Shown here: piece after piece, positions 25,808-34,405 of the stretch
How the letters are laid out: each line of letters starts with the position of its first letter
Position numbering within the stretch: the first letter of the stretch is position 1
Assembly: GCA_003670745.1 (NCBI GenBank)
Contig: QWQR01000004.1
Coordinates: 1 to 50,070 of the forward strand
Reading direction: 5' to 3'
Length of the DNA stretch: 50,070 bases
From: Chloroflexota bacterium
GTDB lineage: Bacteria; Chloroflexota; Limnocylindria; Limnocylindrales; Limnocylindraceae
Notes under the pieces: generated by a model
What the model was told of the DNA's origin: nothing
Databases searched by the model: none
The model's input: the letters and a program-made list of their open reading frames with translations, nothing else
Made by a program: the position numbers and the translations under genes

Positions 25808-27457
25808 TCAGCGCGTAATGGTGATCTTCAGCGTCTTGGAGGCCGCCTCGTAGGGCCCGGCGACGGGGATTGACACCTTCACGGAGCAGGTGCCGAGGCC
25901 GATCGCCATCACGGTGCGGCGCCCAAGGATCTTGCAGGTCTTTGGCGTGAGGCTCTTCGCCTTCCAGGCTCCGCTACTCGCCGCAGCGATGGTTGCCGCT
26001 GCACTCCGACCGAGACGAATCTTTGCGGTGATGCGCGCGGTGAGCTCTGAGCTCAACCCCACCTGGTTCAACACGAGATCAACCGATCCGGGCGCAGCAT
26101 CACGGGTGCCGCTCACCGTGGCGCGAAGGCGACACGACGCGGCGGTGAGCGCCGTTACGACCCCGTCGGCAAAACTGCAGGCGCTCGTGCTCACCACCGC
26201 GAGCACGGCCAGTGCCAGGCCGTCGGCCCCCGACGTTGCATTGACCGGCGCCGATTCGCCACCGTCGAGACCGATTGTGAGGCTCTCGGGGGCGCTGAAC
26301 TGCACCGTGGGCTTCGGGCGCGCCGCCATGAGCGCAAGCATCGCGCCAGCGTTGGCAATCCCCGCCCCGCAGCGCCCCTCATCGCAATCGCCCGCCCACG
26401 GCAAACCTGTTGAGGGATCGAGCGGGAACGGCGTGGCACTCATCTGCAGCAGGGCAGCGAGCTCAGGAGCGGGTGTGGTGCGATCAAACGAGCGCGCGAG
26501 GGCGATGACCCCCGCCACGTGAGGGGCGGCGGAGCTCGTGCCCGCGGCGCGCATGTAGGTGAAGTGCCGCGGAATCGTGCTCCCCTCGTTTGAAGCGCCG
26601 ATAATCCCGGCTAACATCGTTCCCCCAGGTGCCGAAATGCTTACTGCCGTCCCAAAATTGGAATAGGGCGTGCGACGACCAGATTGATCCACTGCAGCGA
26701 CGGTAATAACACCCTGGCAAGAGGCGGGTGAACGCGTAAGGGCATCGGTCGCGTCGTTGCCGGCCGCAGCGACGACGACGGCTCCCAGGCTCAGCGCTTT
26801 TTCGACCGCTGCTGCAATTGGTCCCGAGCACGACCCTTCACCAGAAATAGAGAGGTTGATCACGTCGGCAGGATGCTCGTTCGTCGGCGCTCCATTGACC
26901 TCAGCACCCGCGGCCCAGCGAATCGCATCAGCAACGTCACGCTCTGTACCACCGCAGCGCGCTACAGCACGCACCGGCAGGAGCATCGCTTCTGGTGCAA
27001 TGCCGGCGAGACCAACGCCATTGCTTGTTGCGGCAAGCGCAATTGACGCAACGTGGGTCCCGTGCCACTGGGAGTCGCGCACCTCACACTCGCTACCAGC
27101 TTGACTCGATGCGCTCTCTGCTTGGCTGACCCAGTCGCCCTCGTCACGAGGGTTCGGATCGCGCCCATCTCCGTCACGAGCAGCTTCTGGGTCGGTGACG
27201 AAGTCGTAGCCCGCGAGTACCCGGCCACTGAACTCAGGATGCGATACATAGCCGCTGTCAACTACCGCGATCACCACCCCTGCGCCACGTGAGTACGGCC
27301 AGGCTGCAAGCAGGTTGATCCCGTACCGATCCGCAGGCGCGAGATTCACCTGCTTCGGCCAGTAAGTGTCGTTTGGCGCAGGTGCTGGGGGGCGCGGGGT
27401 TACCGCACTAATGGCGATAACCATTGAGAGAACGGCGCTAAGGGCGGCGGAGAGCAT
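25808..27457 (-). CDS. Secreted S8 (subtilisin-like) serine protease with C-terminal Ig-like domains
   Basis: Signal peptide; AVVDSG (Asp), WHGTHVA (His), AAGN, GTSSAAPHVAG (Ser). Confidence 0.9.
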   Translation of the reverse strand: MLSAALSAVLSMVIAISAVTPRPPAPAPNDTYWPKQVNLAPADRYGINLLAAWPYSRGAGVVIAVVDSGYVSHPEFSGRVLAGYDFVTDPEAARDGDGRDPNPRDEGDWVSQAESASSQAGSECEVRDSQWHGTHVASIALAATSNGVGLAGIAPEAMLLPVRAVARCGGTERDVADAIRWAAGAEVNGAPTNEHPADVINLSISGEGSCSGPIAAAVEKALSLGAVVVAAAGNDATDALTRSPASCQGVITVAAVDQSGRRTPYSNFGTAVSISAPGGTMLAGIIGASNEGSTIPRHFTYMRAAGTSSAAPHVAGVIALARSFDRTTPAPELAALLQMSATPFPLDPSTGLPWAGDCDEGRCGAGIANAGAMLALMAARPKPTVQFSAPESLTIGLDGGESAPVNATSGADGLALAVLAVVSTSACSFADGVVTALTAASCRLRATVSGTRDAAPGSVDLVLNQVGLSSELTARITAKIRLGRSAAATIAAASSGAWKAKSLTPKTCKILGRRTVMAIGLGTCSVKVSIPVAGPYEAASKTLKITITR

Positions 27458-27477
27458 GGATGCAGTCTAGTGGCGGT

Positions 27478-27554
27478 TGGTGCGCCCGGAGGGAATCGAA
27501 CCCCCGACCCTCTGGTCCGAAGCCAGATGCTCTAATCCGCTGAGCTACGGGCGC
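27478..27554 (-). tRNA. tRNA-Arg (anticodon TCG)
   Basis: GCGCCCGTAGCTCAGCGGATTAGAGCA-TCTGG-CTTCGGA-CCAGA-GGGTCGGGGGTTCGATTCCCTCCGGGCGCACCA; encoded CCA. Confidence 0.95.
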
Positions 27555-27563
27555 AGGTGCTAA

Positions 27564-27641
<78 letters not shown>

Positions 27642-27758
27642 ACCGGTCCGCCTATACGCGGGGGTGCAGAATAGCGGATCGCGCACAAAGCAGGGGCAAG
27701 CGTGCTCAGGTGCTGAAGGGCGAGAGGCTCCCTGTGTCAATTGCGACACTCAGCGGCG

Positions 27759-29351
27759 TCATTTAACGCTGAACTTCAGCAGCCCCGTACTGGCCCCAAG
27801 TTGCGTTGCACTGCCGGCTGACTTGAGGCGGAATCCCCAATACCCCTTCGTTGCAACCCAAGTGCCAACCATGCGCCCAGATTCATCGAGGGTGGCGGTT
27901 ACTCCTCCGTCACGCACGCACGAAGTAAACGATGCGTTGCAACGATACCGTGCAAAAACGATCTGTGCACCAATAGGATCTGCAAGTCCGCGCAGCGACA
28001 CGGTTACGCCAGCGCTCCTGGATCGAACGTAGCCTGCCGCACCGCTTAGCGATAAGGCAGGCCGAACGGTTATGGGCAGCTCTGCACTGGTAGCAGGGGC
28101 GCGAGTGCCGGCACTCTGATACACCACTCGATACCTGCCGTTCGCCGATGGTGATACCACCACGCTCCAAGTTCCTTTTCGTACGAATGCTGACCCGGCC
28201 TGGCTCCACGTAGCACTTCCGTTTGGGGACCATTCGAGCGCAACGCGATCATTTGATGGAATTCCAGAAGTGGTTCCAGACACCTTCACCACATCTCCAT
28301 ACGCAATGGTGCGGGCCGACGCAGCGATACCAAGTTTGGTCCTTGAGAGATAGGTGAAACTCCACCCACCAGGGCTGAGTGCTGAGTTGCCAGCAATGTC
28401 GGTTGCGCCGACCAAGTCAACCGCATAGGTCCCACCCAACTCAAGCGATTCGTCAGGGGTGAAGGTTGCGCTGAGCGTGGCTTCGTTGTAGGTAACGAGA
28501 CCGGGAACGCCTTTACCAAAAAAGGTCGTGACTGTCAGCGCGCGCTGTATGGAGGCACGACTCATCGATTCGCTGAACCTGTAGGTAATAGTGGGCCGGG
28601 CGCTGGTGGTGAAGCCAGAGAGTATGCCGCCAATCGCGGTTGCAGTTGGGTCGGTTCGATCAACGTACAGCAGGAGTGGGGCAGGATCGCTTGATAGGCC
28701 TACCCCGTTTCTTGCCTCCATAAAGAGACTATGCGGCCCTTCTACTGCTGGCAGAGCAACTCGAAGTTGCGCCGAGTACTCAACCCACTCAGACCATGGG
28801 CCATCGTCAAAGCGATAGCGCAGCGCAGTGACTCCGCTCAGGCCGTCAAATGCTTGTGGGTTAATCGTGGCGCTGGTGCCAGAGACGCGCTTTGACCCCG
28901 AGCTGGTCCGCGGTCTGAGCTCTGGCCCCGTGAGGTCAGGAAAGAGACTGAGCGACAGGGTAAACGCGTAGGTGCGGTCAAGATTCCGACCGTTGACGTT
29001 GATGTAATAGGTCCCCGCTGGGAGGCCAACGACCAGACTTTGGCTTGGCCCTGGCAGGGCGGCAGACTTTAGCGGAGCGTCGTGCACTATCGAGCTGGCC
29101 GAGCGGTCGAATATATAGAGCCCGAGCTCGGCGCCTGGCTCCCCTTGAATCCGCACCATGCCAACCCGGCCCTCGCGCAATTCGATGCGCCACACGCGAT
29201 CAACGACCGCTCCGCCCACAGCTGAATTGATGCTGGGGCCAACGAGTAGGGTTCCGGGTATGTCGCTCGCTGCGTCTTCAGCGCGGACCGCAGGGGCACC
29301 AAAGGAGAGGAGAAGGATCAGGGTAAGCCCGAAGATCAAAGGTCGATGCAT
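27759..29351 (-). CDS. Secreted multi-domain surface protein (PPC-like jelly-roll, Ig-like/Big_5 domains)
   Basis: Signal peptide ..AVRA; [10 protein letters not shown]; [31 protein letters not shown] (Big_5-like); basic C-terminal beta-rich domains. Confidence 0.75.
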   Translation of the reverse strand: MHRPLIFGLTLILLLSFGAPAVRAEDAASDIPGTLLVGPSINSAVGGAVVDRVWRIELREGRVGMVRIQGEPGAELGLYIFDRSASSIVHDAPLKSAALPGPSQSLVVGLPAGTYYINVNGRNLDRTYAFTLSLSLFPDLTGPELRPRTSSGSKRVSGTSATINPQAFDGLSGVTALRYRFDDGPWSEWVEYSAQLRVALPAVEGPHSLFMEARNGVGLSSDPAPLLLYVDRTDPTATAIGGILSGFTTSARPTITYRFSESMSRASIQRALTVTTFFGKGVPGLVTYNEATLSATFTPDESLELGGTYAVDLVGATDIAGNSALSPGGWSFTYLSRTKLGIAASARTIAYGDVVKVSGTTSGIPSNDRVALEWSPNGSATWSQAGSAFVRKGTWSVVVSPSANGRYRVVYQSAGTRAPATSAELPITVRPALSLSGAAGYVRSRSAGVTVSLRGLADPIGAQIVFARYRCNASFTSCVRDGGVTATLDESGRMVGTWVATKGYWGFRLKSAGSATQLGASTGLLKFSVK

Positions 29352-29376
29352 GCGGTTAGGATAGCCTTTTGATGAA

Positions 29377-29410
29377 CGAAGGGCCTCGGGGTTTCCCCCG
29401 AGGCCCTTCG
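29377..29410 (-). terminator. Intrinsic terminator of the S-layer-like gene
   Basis: Perfect 15-bp stem CGAAGGGCCTCGGGG-TTTC-CCCCGAGGCCCTTCG, 45 nt downstream of the stop at 29456. Confidence 0.8.
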
Positions 29411-29455
29411 TATTACCTGCTCAGTCGTGCCCGAGCGGGCGGTTCGGTGTTGCCG

Positions 29456-31348
29456 TTACAGCTTCACCGCGATGCGCGAGATCCCGGTGATCTGCTCACC
29501 GTAGATCGCGTACACATCGAACGTACCGCGCTTCTTGAAGACGAACTTGGCCTTGCCGTCCTTCGCCTCCACGATGCGAGCGTACGTCTTCACGTTACCA
29601 GCCGAATCCTCGACCACGAAGGTGATCTTGGCGCCGACTGGGCCCGTGATGCTTACGGTCTTCTTGCCAACCTTGACGGCCGTGCCGAAAGGCTGAGCGT
29701 TCACACCGGACTCACGCACGAGCGTGATCCCGGCCGTGTAGCTGACCGGCGAGTTGCCGGCACCGTAATCGACCGCGAGTGTATCCGTGTACGGGTACGA
29801 CATGTTGACCTTGAGCGTGTTGCGACCAAGATCCTCAAGGCGGGTCGAAGCGTAGTAGCACATAAGCACCACGCCCGCGGCAACCTTGTCGCTACCAGCT
29901 GCGTTCAACTCGTCGTCGAGGTTGTCCCCGCCTTCGAGCGTGTAGTCAGCCTCGTAGCCACGCGCACCATTGCAGGTCGTGTCACCATCGTCGTAGTCCT
30001 CAACTTCCGTCGAGGCTCCGTCAAGTGCCATGTACCCATAATAGTCGCCGCCACCATCAGAGATGTAGTGGTTCGGCGTTGGGAGAAGTGCGAAACAATC
30101 ATCGTCGACCGAATCGTAATATTCGCAATCAGCGACGTCCTGGAACCCGAACTCGAGGTCGTCGGTGGTGCCGACGCCCAGTGGGTTGCCATAGCCGTCC
30201 TGGATGCGAACGTAGAACGGCACGACGCCGCCCAGCTCCACACTCGTGGTGGTGCCGAAGTCAATGCCGGTCACAAGGGCCTCATCGCCCCATGCCGAGC
30301 ACTTGACCGCGACGGAATTGGACTTCGTGTCGCCGGACGAAACTTCGCCGCCGCTGCCGAGGTCCATGATCACCCAGACGTTGTGCGACGCGCCGAAATC
30401 AGCATCGCGATCGGAATCGCAGATGCTGTCGCTCGAGGAGTCGTACAGGTCAAGGTTGTTCAGGTCCTTACCATCGGTGTCGCCAAAGTCAACCGCGTCG
30501 ATAACTTCGAAGTCATCGCCGGTGCCGGCAACGTCGGTGGCGAAGCGAATGTCGCTCCCTTCGGCGTCGTAGCCGTCCTTCCAATACCCCTCAATCAGTT
30601 CCTCGGTGTCGAGGCCGTCAGAGGTATCGGTGGAAGCGTCTCGAAGCGACGTGAACAAGTCGTTCCCCGAAGCGTCGAGATACTTGATCGAGAAGGCGTT
30701 GTACACCGTCTCGTTGTCCATCGCGACCCAGCCGCCGGTGTTGTCCGTAAGGGTGAGCGTCTGGCCCGGGCCCACAACCTTGAAGTTGAGGGTTGCCACG
30801 GTCTGACCGTTCACCTTAAGGACTGCCGTCTGAAGGGTCTTGCTGCTCAGGTCGTCATCGTTGACGGTGAAGCAGGCAGCGATACCGGTAACAACGTTGT
30901 TGTCGGTGTACGTCGCCGCGTAGTCGTCCTCGTCGGACGAGAACGACATAGTCGCATCGTCGTCAAGGCCATCGACAATCACCCCGCCCGTGGCGGTGAT
31001 GCTCGCCGTGATGTCGTCGCTGTCCAACAGATCAACTTCCGCGAGCGTCTCAATGTCGTCGGCGTCGACGTAGGTGCAGGCGGCGTTCATAATTTCGCCG
31101 CCGTTGGAGCTGCCGTCATTGAAGATCGGCGAGTAGAGCACCGCCGGATACGACGTTGAACCGTCGTTTGCGCTGCCCTGGAGATCCTGCTCGTCGCCGC
31201 TCAGGTTCCCGTGGAACTCTGCGGAGATGAGCGCTGCGTTCAAGGTCGTGGTTGCGCCCTGCGCCACCGGTGCCAACGTGGATCCAAAGATCCCCGCGAG
31301 CAGGCCGGCGGTCGTCAAAGCGGTCGCCACCTTTCGCTTAATCGACAT
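29456..31348 (-). CDS. Highly acidic secreted protein, putative S-layer/major surface protein
   Basis: Sec signal MSIKRKVATALTTAGLLAGIFG..AQGA; Asp-rich body; Lys-rich C-terminal domain; AAGGAGG RBS; strong C-ending codon bias; own terminator. S-layer role is inferred. Confidence 0.7.
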   Translation of the reverse strand: MSIKRKVATALTTAGLLAGIFGSTLAPVAQGATTTLNAALISAEFHGNLSGDEQDLQGSANDGSTSYPAVLYSPIFNDGSSNGGEIMNAACTYVDADDIETLAEVDLLDSDDITASITATGGVIVDGLDDDATMSFSSDEDDYAATYTDNNVVTGIAACFTVNDDDLSSKTLQTAVLKVNGQTVATLNFKVVGPGQTLTLTDNTGGWVAMDNETVYNAFSIKYLDASGNDLFTSLRDASTDTSDGLDTEELIEGYWKDGYDAEGSDIRFATDVAGTGDDFEVIDAVDFGDTDGKDLNNLDLYDSSSDSICDSDRDADFGASHNVWVIMDLGSGGEVSSGDTKSNSVAVKCSAWGDEALVTGIDFGTTTSVELGGVVPFYVRIQDGYGNPLGVGTTDDLEFGFQDVADCEYYDSVDDDCFALLPTPNHYISDGGGDYYGYMALDGASTEVEDYDDGDTTCNGARGYEADYTLEGGDNLDDELNAAGSDKVAAGVVLMCYYASTRLEDLGRNTLKVNMSYPYTDTLAVDYGAGNSPVSYTAGITLVRESGVNAQPFGTAVKVGKKTVSITGPVGAKITFVVEDSAGNVKTYARIVEAKDGKAKFVFKKRGTFDVYAIYGEQITGISRIAVKL

Positions 31349-31470
31349 CGTTAGATGCCTCCTTAACTACCGAGCTCCAGGGGAAATGCCCCAGATGCTC
31401 ATTACCGTGCCATTTCGCACGACCCTCTCAACAACGGCACGACAGCCGTCGAGAAGGTGTTGAACTAGCG

Positions 31471-32049
31471 CTACGGGCTCGTGCTACCCGAAGCGTCCGT
31501 CGATGGAACCCCCGACGGTGTGGGGCTGGCCGGCTCCGGGGTCCGCCGTGGCAGATCCGTTGGAGCTGGCGTAGGGGTGGGGGCGGCAGAGGCGGGTGCC
31601 TTGCTCGCTCCAGGGGTGGCTGGCGTGCTGGTGGCAGGAGCCGAGGTTGCCGGCGCTGTGGTGGGGACCGTTTGGCTCGAGAGCGGCTCGCCGTTGCGCA
31701 CCGCGGCACCCACCAAGAGGGCGGTGCCACTCACCACGACAAAGGCGAGCACCACGCCGAACGAGGCGGCCGCGTAGGTGAGGGGGCGAATGACTCGAGT
31801 GAAGATCGAGGCCTTGCGCTTGTGCGCTGCCACGTCGGCAAGCACCGCCGCCGTGAGCGTGGCGTTCAAGTCGGGCGACGCCACCAGGGTGGGGGTGTTG
31901 CCGAGCGCTCCAAAGAGGAGGGTGAGCTCGGAAACCTCGTGGCGACAGGTGTCGCAGGTGGCCAGATGGCCAGAAACAAGGGAAGGCAGCGGCGAACCCT
32001 CAAAGAGGGCGGCCTCTGCCTCGATCAGTACCCGTGCACAGGTCTGCAT
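31471..32049 (-). CDS. Zinc-finger (HxxxCxxC) membrane anti-sigma factor
   Basis: HLATCDTCR, one TM, Ser/Thr/Pro-rich tail; directly downstream of the ECF sigma. Start could be TTG 32076. Confidence 0.8.
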   Translation of the reverse strand: MQTCARVLIEAEAALFEGSPLPSLVSGHLATCDTCRHEVSELTLLFGALGNTPTLVASPDLNATLTAAVLADVAAHKRKASIFTRVIRPLTYAAASFGVVLAFVVVSGTALLVGAAVRNGEPLSSQTVPTTAPATSAPATSTPATPGASKAPASAAPTPTPAPTDLPRRTPEPASPTPSGVPSTDASGSTSP

Positions 32050-32089
32050 ACCTAGTGAAGGCGCTACCGGCCGCAAGTCGTTACATTTG

Positions 32090-32686
32090 TTACAGTTTTG
32101 TCTGCCGTCGTGCCTGAGCGAGGTCTCCGAGTGCCTGGCGCAGTTCTACCGCGCCGCGCGAAGCGTGGACTCGCACCGTCCCTGCGGGGATCCCTAGGGC
32201 CGTAGCGATCTCTTTCGTGCTCAGCCCCTCCTGACGGAGCTCCATCACCGCACGGGGCTTTGGGGGAAGCTCGGCAATGGCGGCCTTGATGCGAGCGGAG
32301 AGGTCACCCTGGGCCGCTGCGGCGGCGGGATCGGTCGCGGCGTTGCGATCGCGGAGCTCCCGGGTCCCACCGTCGGGGAGGGGGCGATCGAGGGACTCCA
32401 CCCCCTTGGCGGTGCGAGCGGCACGCGCATCGACCTTTTGGGCGGTGCGTACGGTGATTGTTACAATCCACGCTTCAAGGGGGGCGATCGGCTTCCACTT
32501 CGACAGGTCGCGGCTGACTTGGATCAACGCCTCCTGGACCGCCTCCTCGGCATCGCGCGGGTCACGGCAGAGGCGCAGCGCGAGTCCCCGGACCCGCGGG
32601 GAGAAGCGCTCAACGAGCGCCGCCCAGGCGCTCTCGCGCCCCGCCAGGCAGGCTGCGACCAGCTCCTCGTCCGATAGGTTGGGCAT
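32090..32686 (-). CDS. ECF (sigma-70 group 4) sigma factor
   Basis: DEELV..AWAALVERF..DAEEAVQE (region 2); AIAELP..EGLSTKEIATALGIPAGTVRVHASR (region 4). Confidence 0.93.
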   Translation of the reverse strand: MPNLSDEELVAACLAGRESAWAALVERFSPRVRGLALRLCRDPRDAEEAVQEALIQVSRDLSKWKPIAPLEAWIVTITVRTAQKVDARAARTAKGVESLDRPLPDGGTRELRDRNAATDPAAAAAQGDLSARIKAAIAELPPKPRAVMELRQEGLSTKEIATALGIPAGTVRVHASRGAVELRQALGDLAQARRQTKL

Positions 32687-32798
32687 TGGCGCAGGATACT
32701 ACCCTTGCGCCGCGCCGAAATCTGCTCGGGCCCGAATCCGTCTCAGATGCCTTCCGGGCCTCACGGGCCCATCTGGGCCAATCTGGCCCTATCGCGGC

Positions 32799-34190
32799 CT
32801 AGTAGACGTCGAGGTAGCGATCGAGCTCCCACTGCGACACGTGAATGCGGTACGCCTCGGTCTCGGCGCGCTTGGCGTCGAGGAAGTTGCTCAGCACGTG
32901 GTCGCCCAGGGCGCCGGTGATCACCGGGTCGGCGGCCATCTCGGCGATCGCCTCCTCGAGGCTCCCCGGCAGCTCGCGAATCCCCTGCTGGGCGACGCGC
33001 GCCGCGTCCATCTCGTAGAGCGACTCCTCAACCGGGTCGGGCAGCTCCAGGTTGTTCTCTACGCCGTCGAGGCCCGCCGCGATCATCACGGCAAAGGCGA
33101 GGTACGGATTCGCCGACGGGTCGGGGCAGCGCAACTCCATGCGCGTCCCCTCAACCGAACGACCGGCCGAAATCATTGGCACGCGAATGAGCGCGGAGCG
33201 ATTGCGTCGCCCCCACACCAAGTACGTGGGCGCCTCGTATCCCGGAACGAGTCGCTTATATGAGTTCACTGTTGGTGCAAGGATCGCGATCATTGCGCGC
33301 GCGTGCTTGAGCACTCCAGCCATGTACGACTTTGCGATCGGCGAGAGGCTGTACTTGTCGCTCGCGTCGTAGAACACGTTCTTGCCGGTCGACAGGCTCG
33401 CAAGGCTTTGGTGCGTGTGCATGCCCGAACCGTTGATGCCGAAGATCGGCTTCGGCATAAAGCTTGCGTACAGGCCGTGCTGCTTTGCGATCTCCTTGAG
33501 CGCGTATTTGAACGTTGTGGCGTTGTCGGCGGTGCTCAACGCATCGCTGTATTCAAAGTCGATCTCGTGCTGCCCCGGCGCAACTTCGTGGTGCGCGGTT
33601 TCGATCTTGATGCCGAGCGCCTCGAGGGTGTCGACCATGTCTTGGCGAATCTCAATGCCTTGGTCGCCGGTAAAGTCGAAGTAGCCCGCCTTGTCGTGTG
33701 GCGTTGCGGTGGGGCGACCATTGGCGTCGTATTCAAACAAGAAGAACTCGAGCTCTGGCCCCATGTTCACCTTGTAGCCGAGCTTCTCGGCGCGTTCGAC
33801 CTGGCGGCGCAACACGCCACGCGGATCGCCGGCGAACGGCCCGCCGTCGGGAAGGATCACATCGCAGATCACGCGCGCCGTTCCCGCGCCACTCTCGGCG
33901 GGCGCCCACGGCAACACGCGCCAGGTGTTCATGTCGGGGCGCAGCAGTTGGTCGCTCTCGGCGATGCGGGTGAAACCCTCGACCGACGAGCCGTCGAACC
34001 AGGTGCCGTGCTTAATGGAGCCGGGCATCTGGTGCATGGGAATCTGCACGCTCTTCGTGATGCCGTGCAGGTCAACGAACTGCAGCTGCACGGTGCGGAT
34101 CCCGGCCGCCTCGGCCTTCGCCACCACCTCGAGCGCCGCCTTCGTTTCGGCCTCGGTGCGCCCGGTCGTCGTGCTCCCCTCGCTCGCCAT
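32799..34190 (-). CDS. glnA: Glutamine synthetase type I (GSI-alpha)
   Basis: FDGSSVEGF..ESD, ELEFF, HHEVAPGQHE, MPKP..NGSGMHTHQS, YKRLVPGYEAP, NRSALIR, ELRCPDPSANPYL. Confidence 0.92.
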   Translation of the reverse strand: MASEGSTTTGRTEAETKAALEVVAKAEAAGIRTVQLQFVDLHGITKSVQIPMHQMPGSIKHGTWFDGSSVEGFTRIAESDQLLRPDMNTWRVLPWAPAESGAGTARVICDVILPDGGPFAGDPRGVLRRQVERAEKLGYKVNMGPELEFFLFEYDANGRPTATPHDKAGYFDFTGDQGIEIRQDMVDTLEALGIKIETAHHEVAPGQHEIDFEYSDALSTADNATTFKYALKEIAKQHGLYASFMPKPIFGINGSGMHTHQSLASLSTGKNVFYDASDKYSLSPIAKSYMAGVLKHARAMIAILAPTVNSYKRLVPGYEAPTYLVWGRRNRSALIRVPMISAGRSVEGTRMELRCPDPSANPYLAFAVMIAAGLDGVENNLELPDPVEESLYEMDAARVAQQGIRELPGSLEEAIAEMAADPVITGALGDHVLSNFLDAKRAETEAYRIHVSQWELDRYLDVY

Positions 34191-34405
34191 GATCCCCTCC
34201 CTCTCCGCTCACTGCCTTGCGCCACGATCTTGTGCCTTTGGCACAGATTTGCCGCCCTGAGCGTTGCTCGAGGTGGCTGGTGGGGATTCTAGGGGGTGGA
34301 GCCGCTACGTTGCGCGGGTGTTGGCGGCACCTGGGCTGTGAAGTTGCACAAGTTTCCGCTCGCATCGCGGCCGAGTTGGGCCGCAGGTGGAGCGAACGGC
34401 GGAGG

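Noticed and set aside
29369-31159. 596-aa plus-strand ORF antisense to the S-layer-like gene
   Set aside because: It mirrors the sense frame's strong codon bias, has no recognisable motifs, and starts at the terminator hairpin.
32799-34190. glnA as a gamma-glutamyl-polyamine ligase working with the PuuD-like gene
   Set aside because: Ammonium-site motifs FDGSS/ESD and the PGYEAP flap are intact, and the two genes are about 27 kb apart. A true GS is more likely, though GlnA2-like activity is not excluded.
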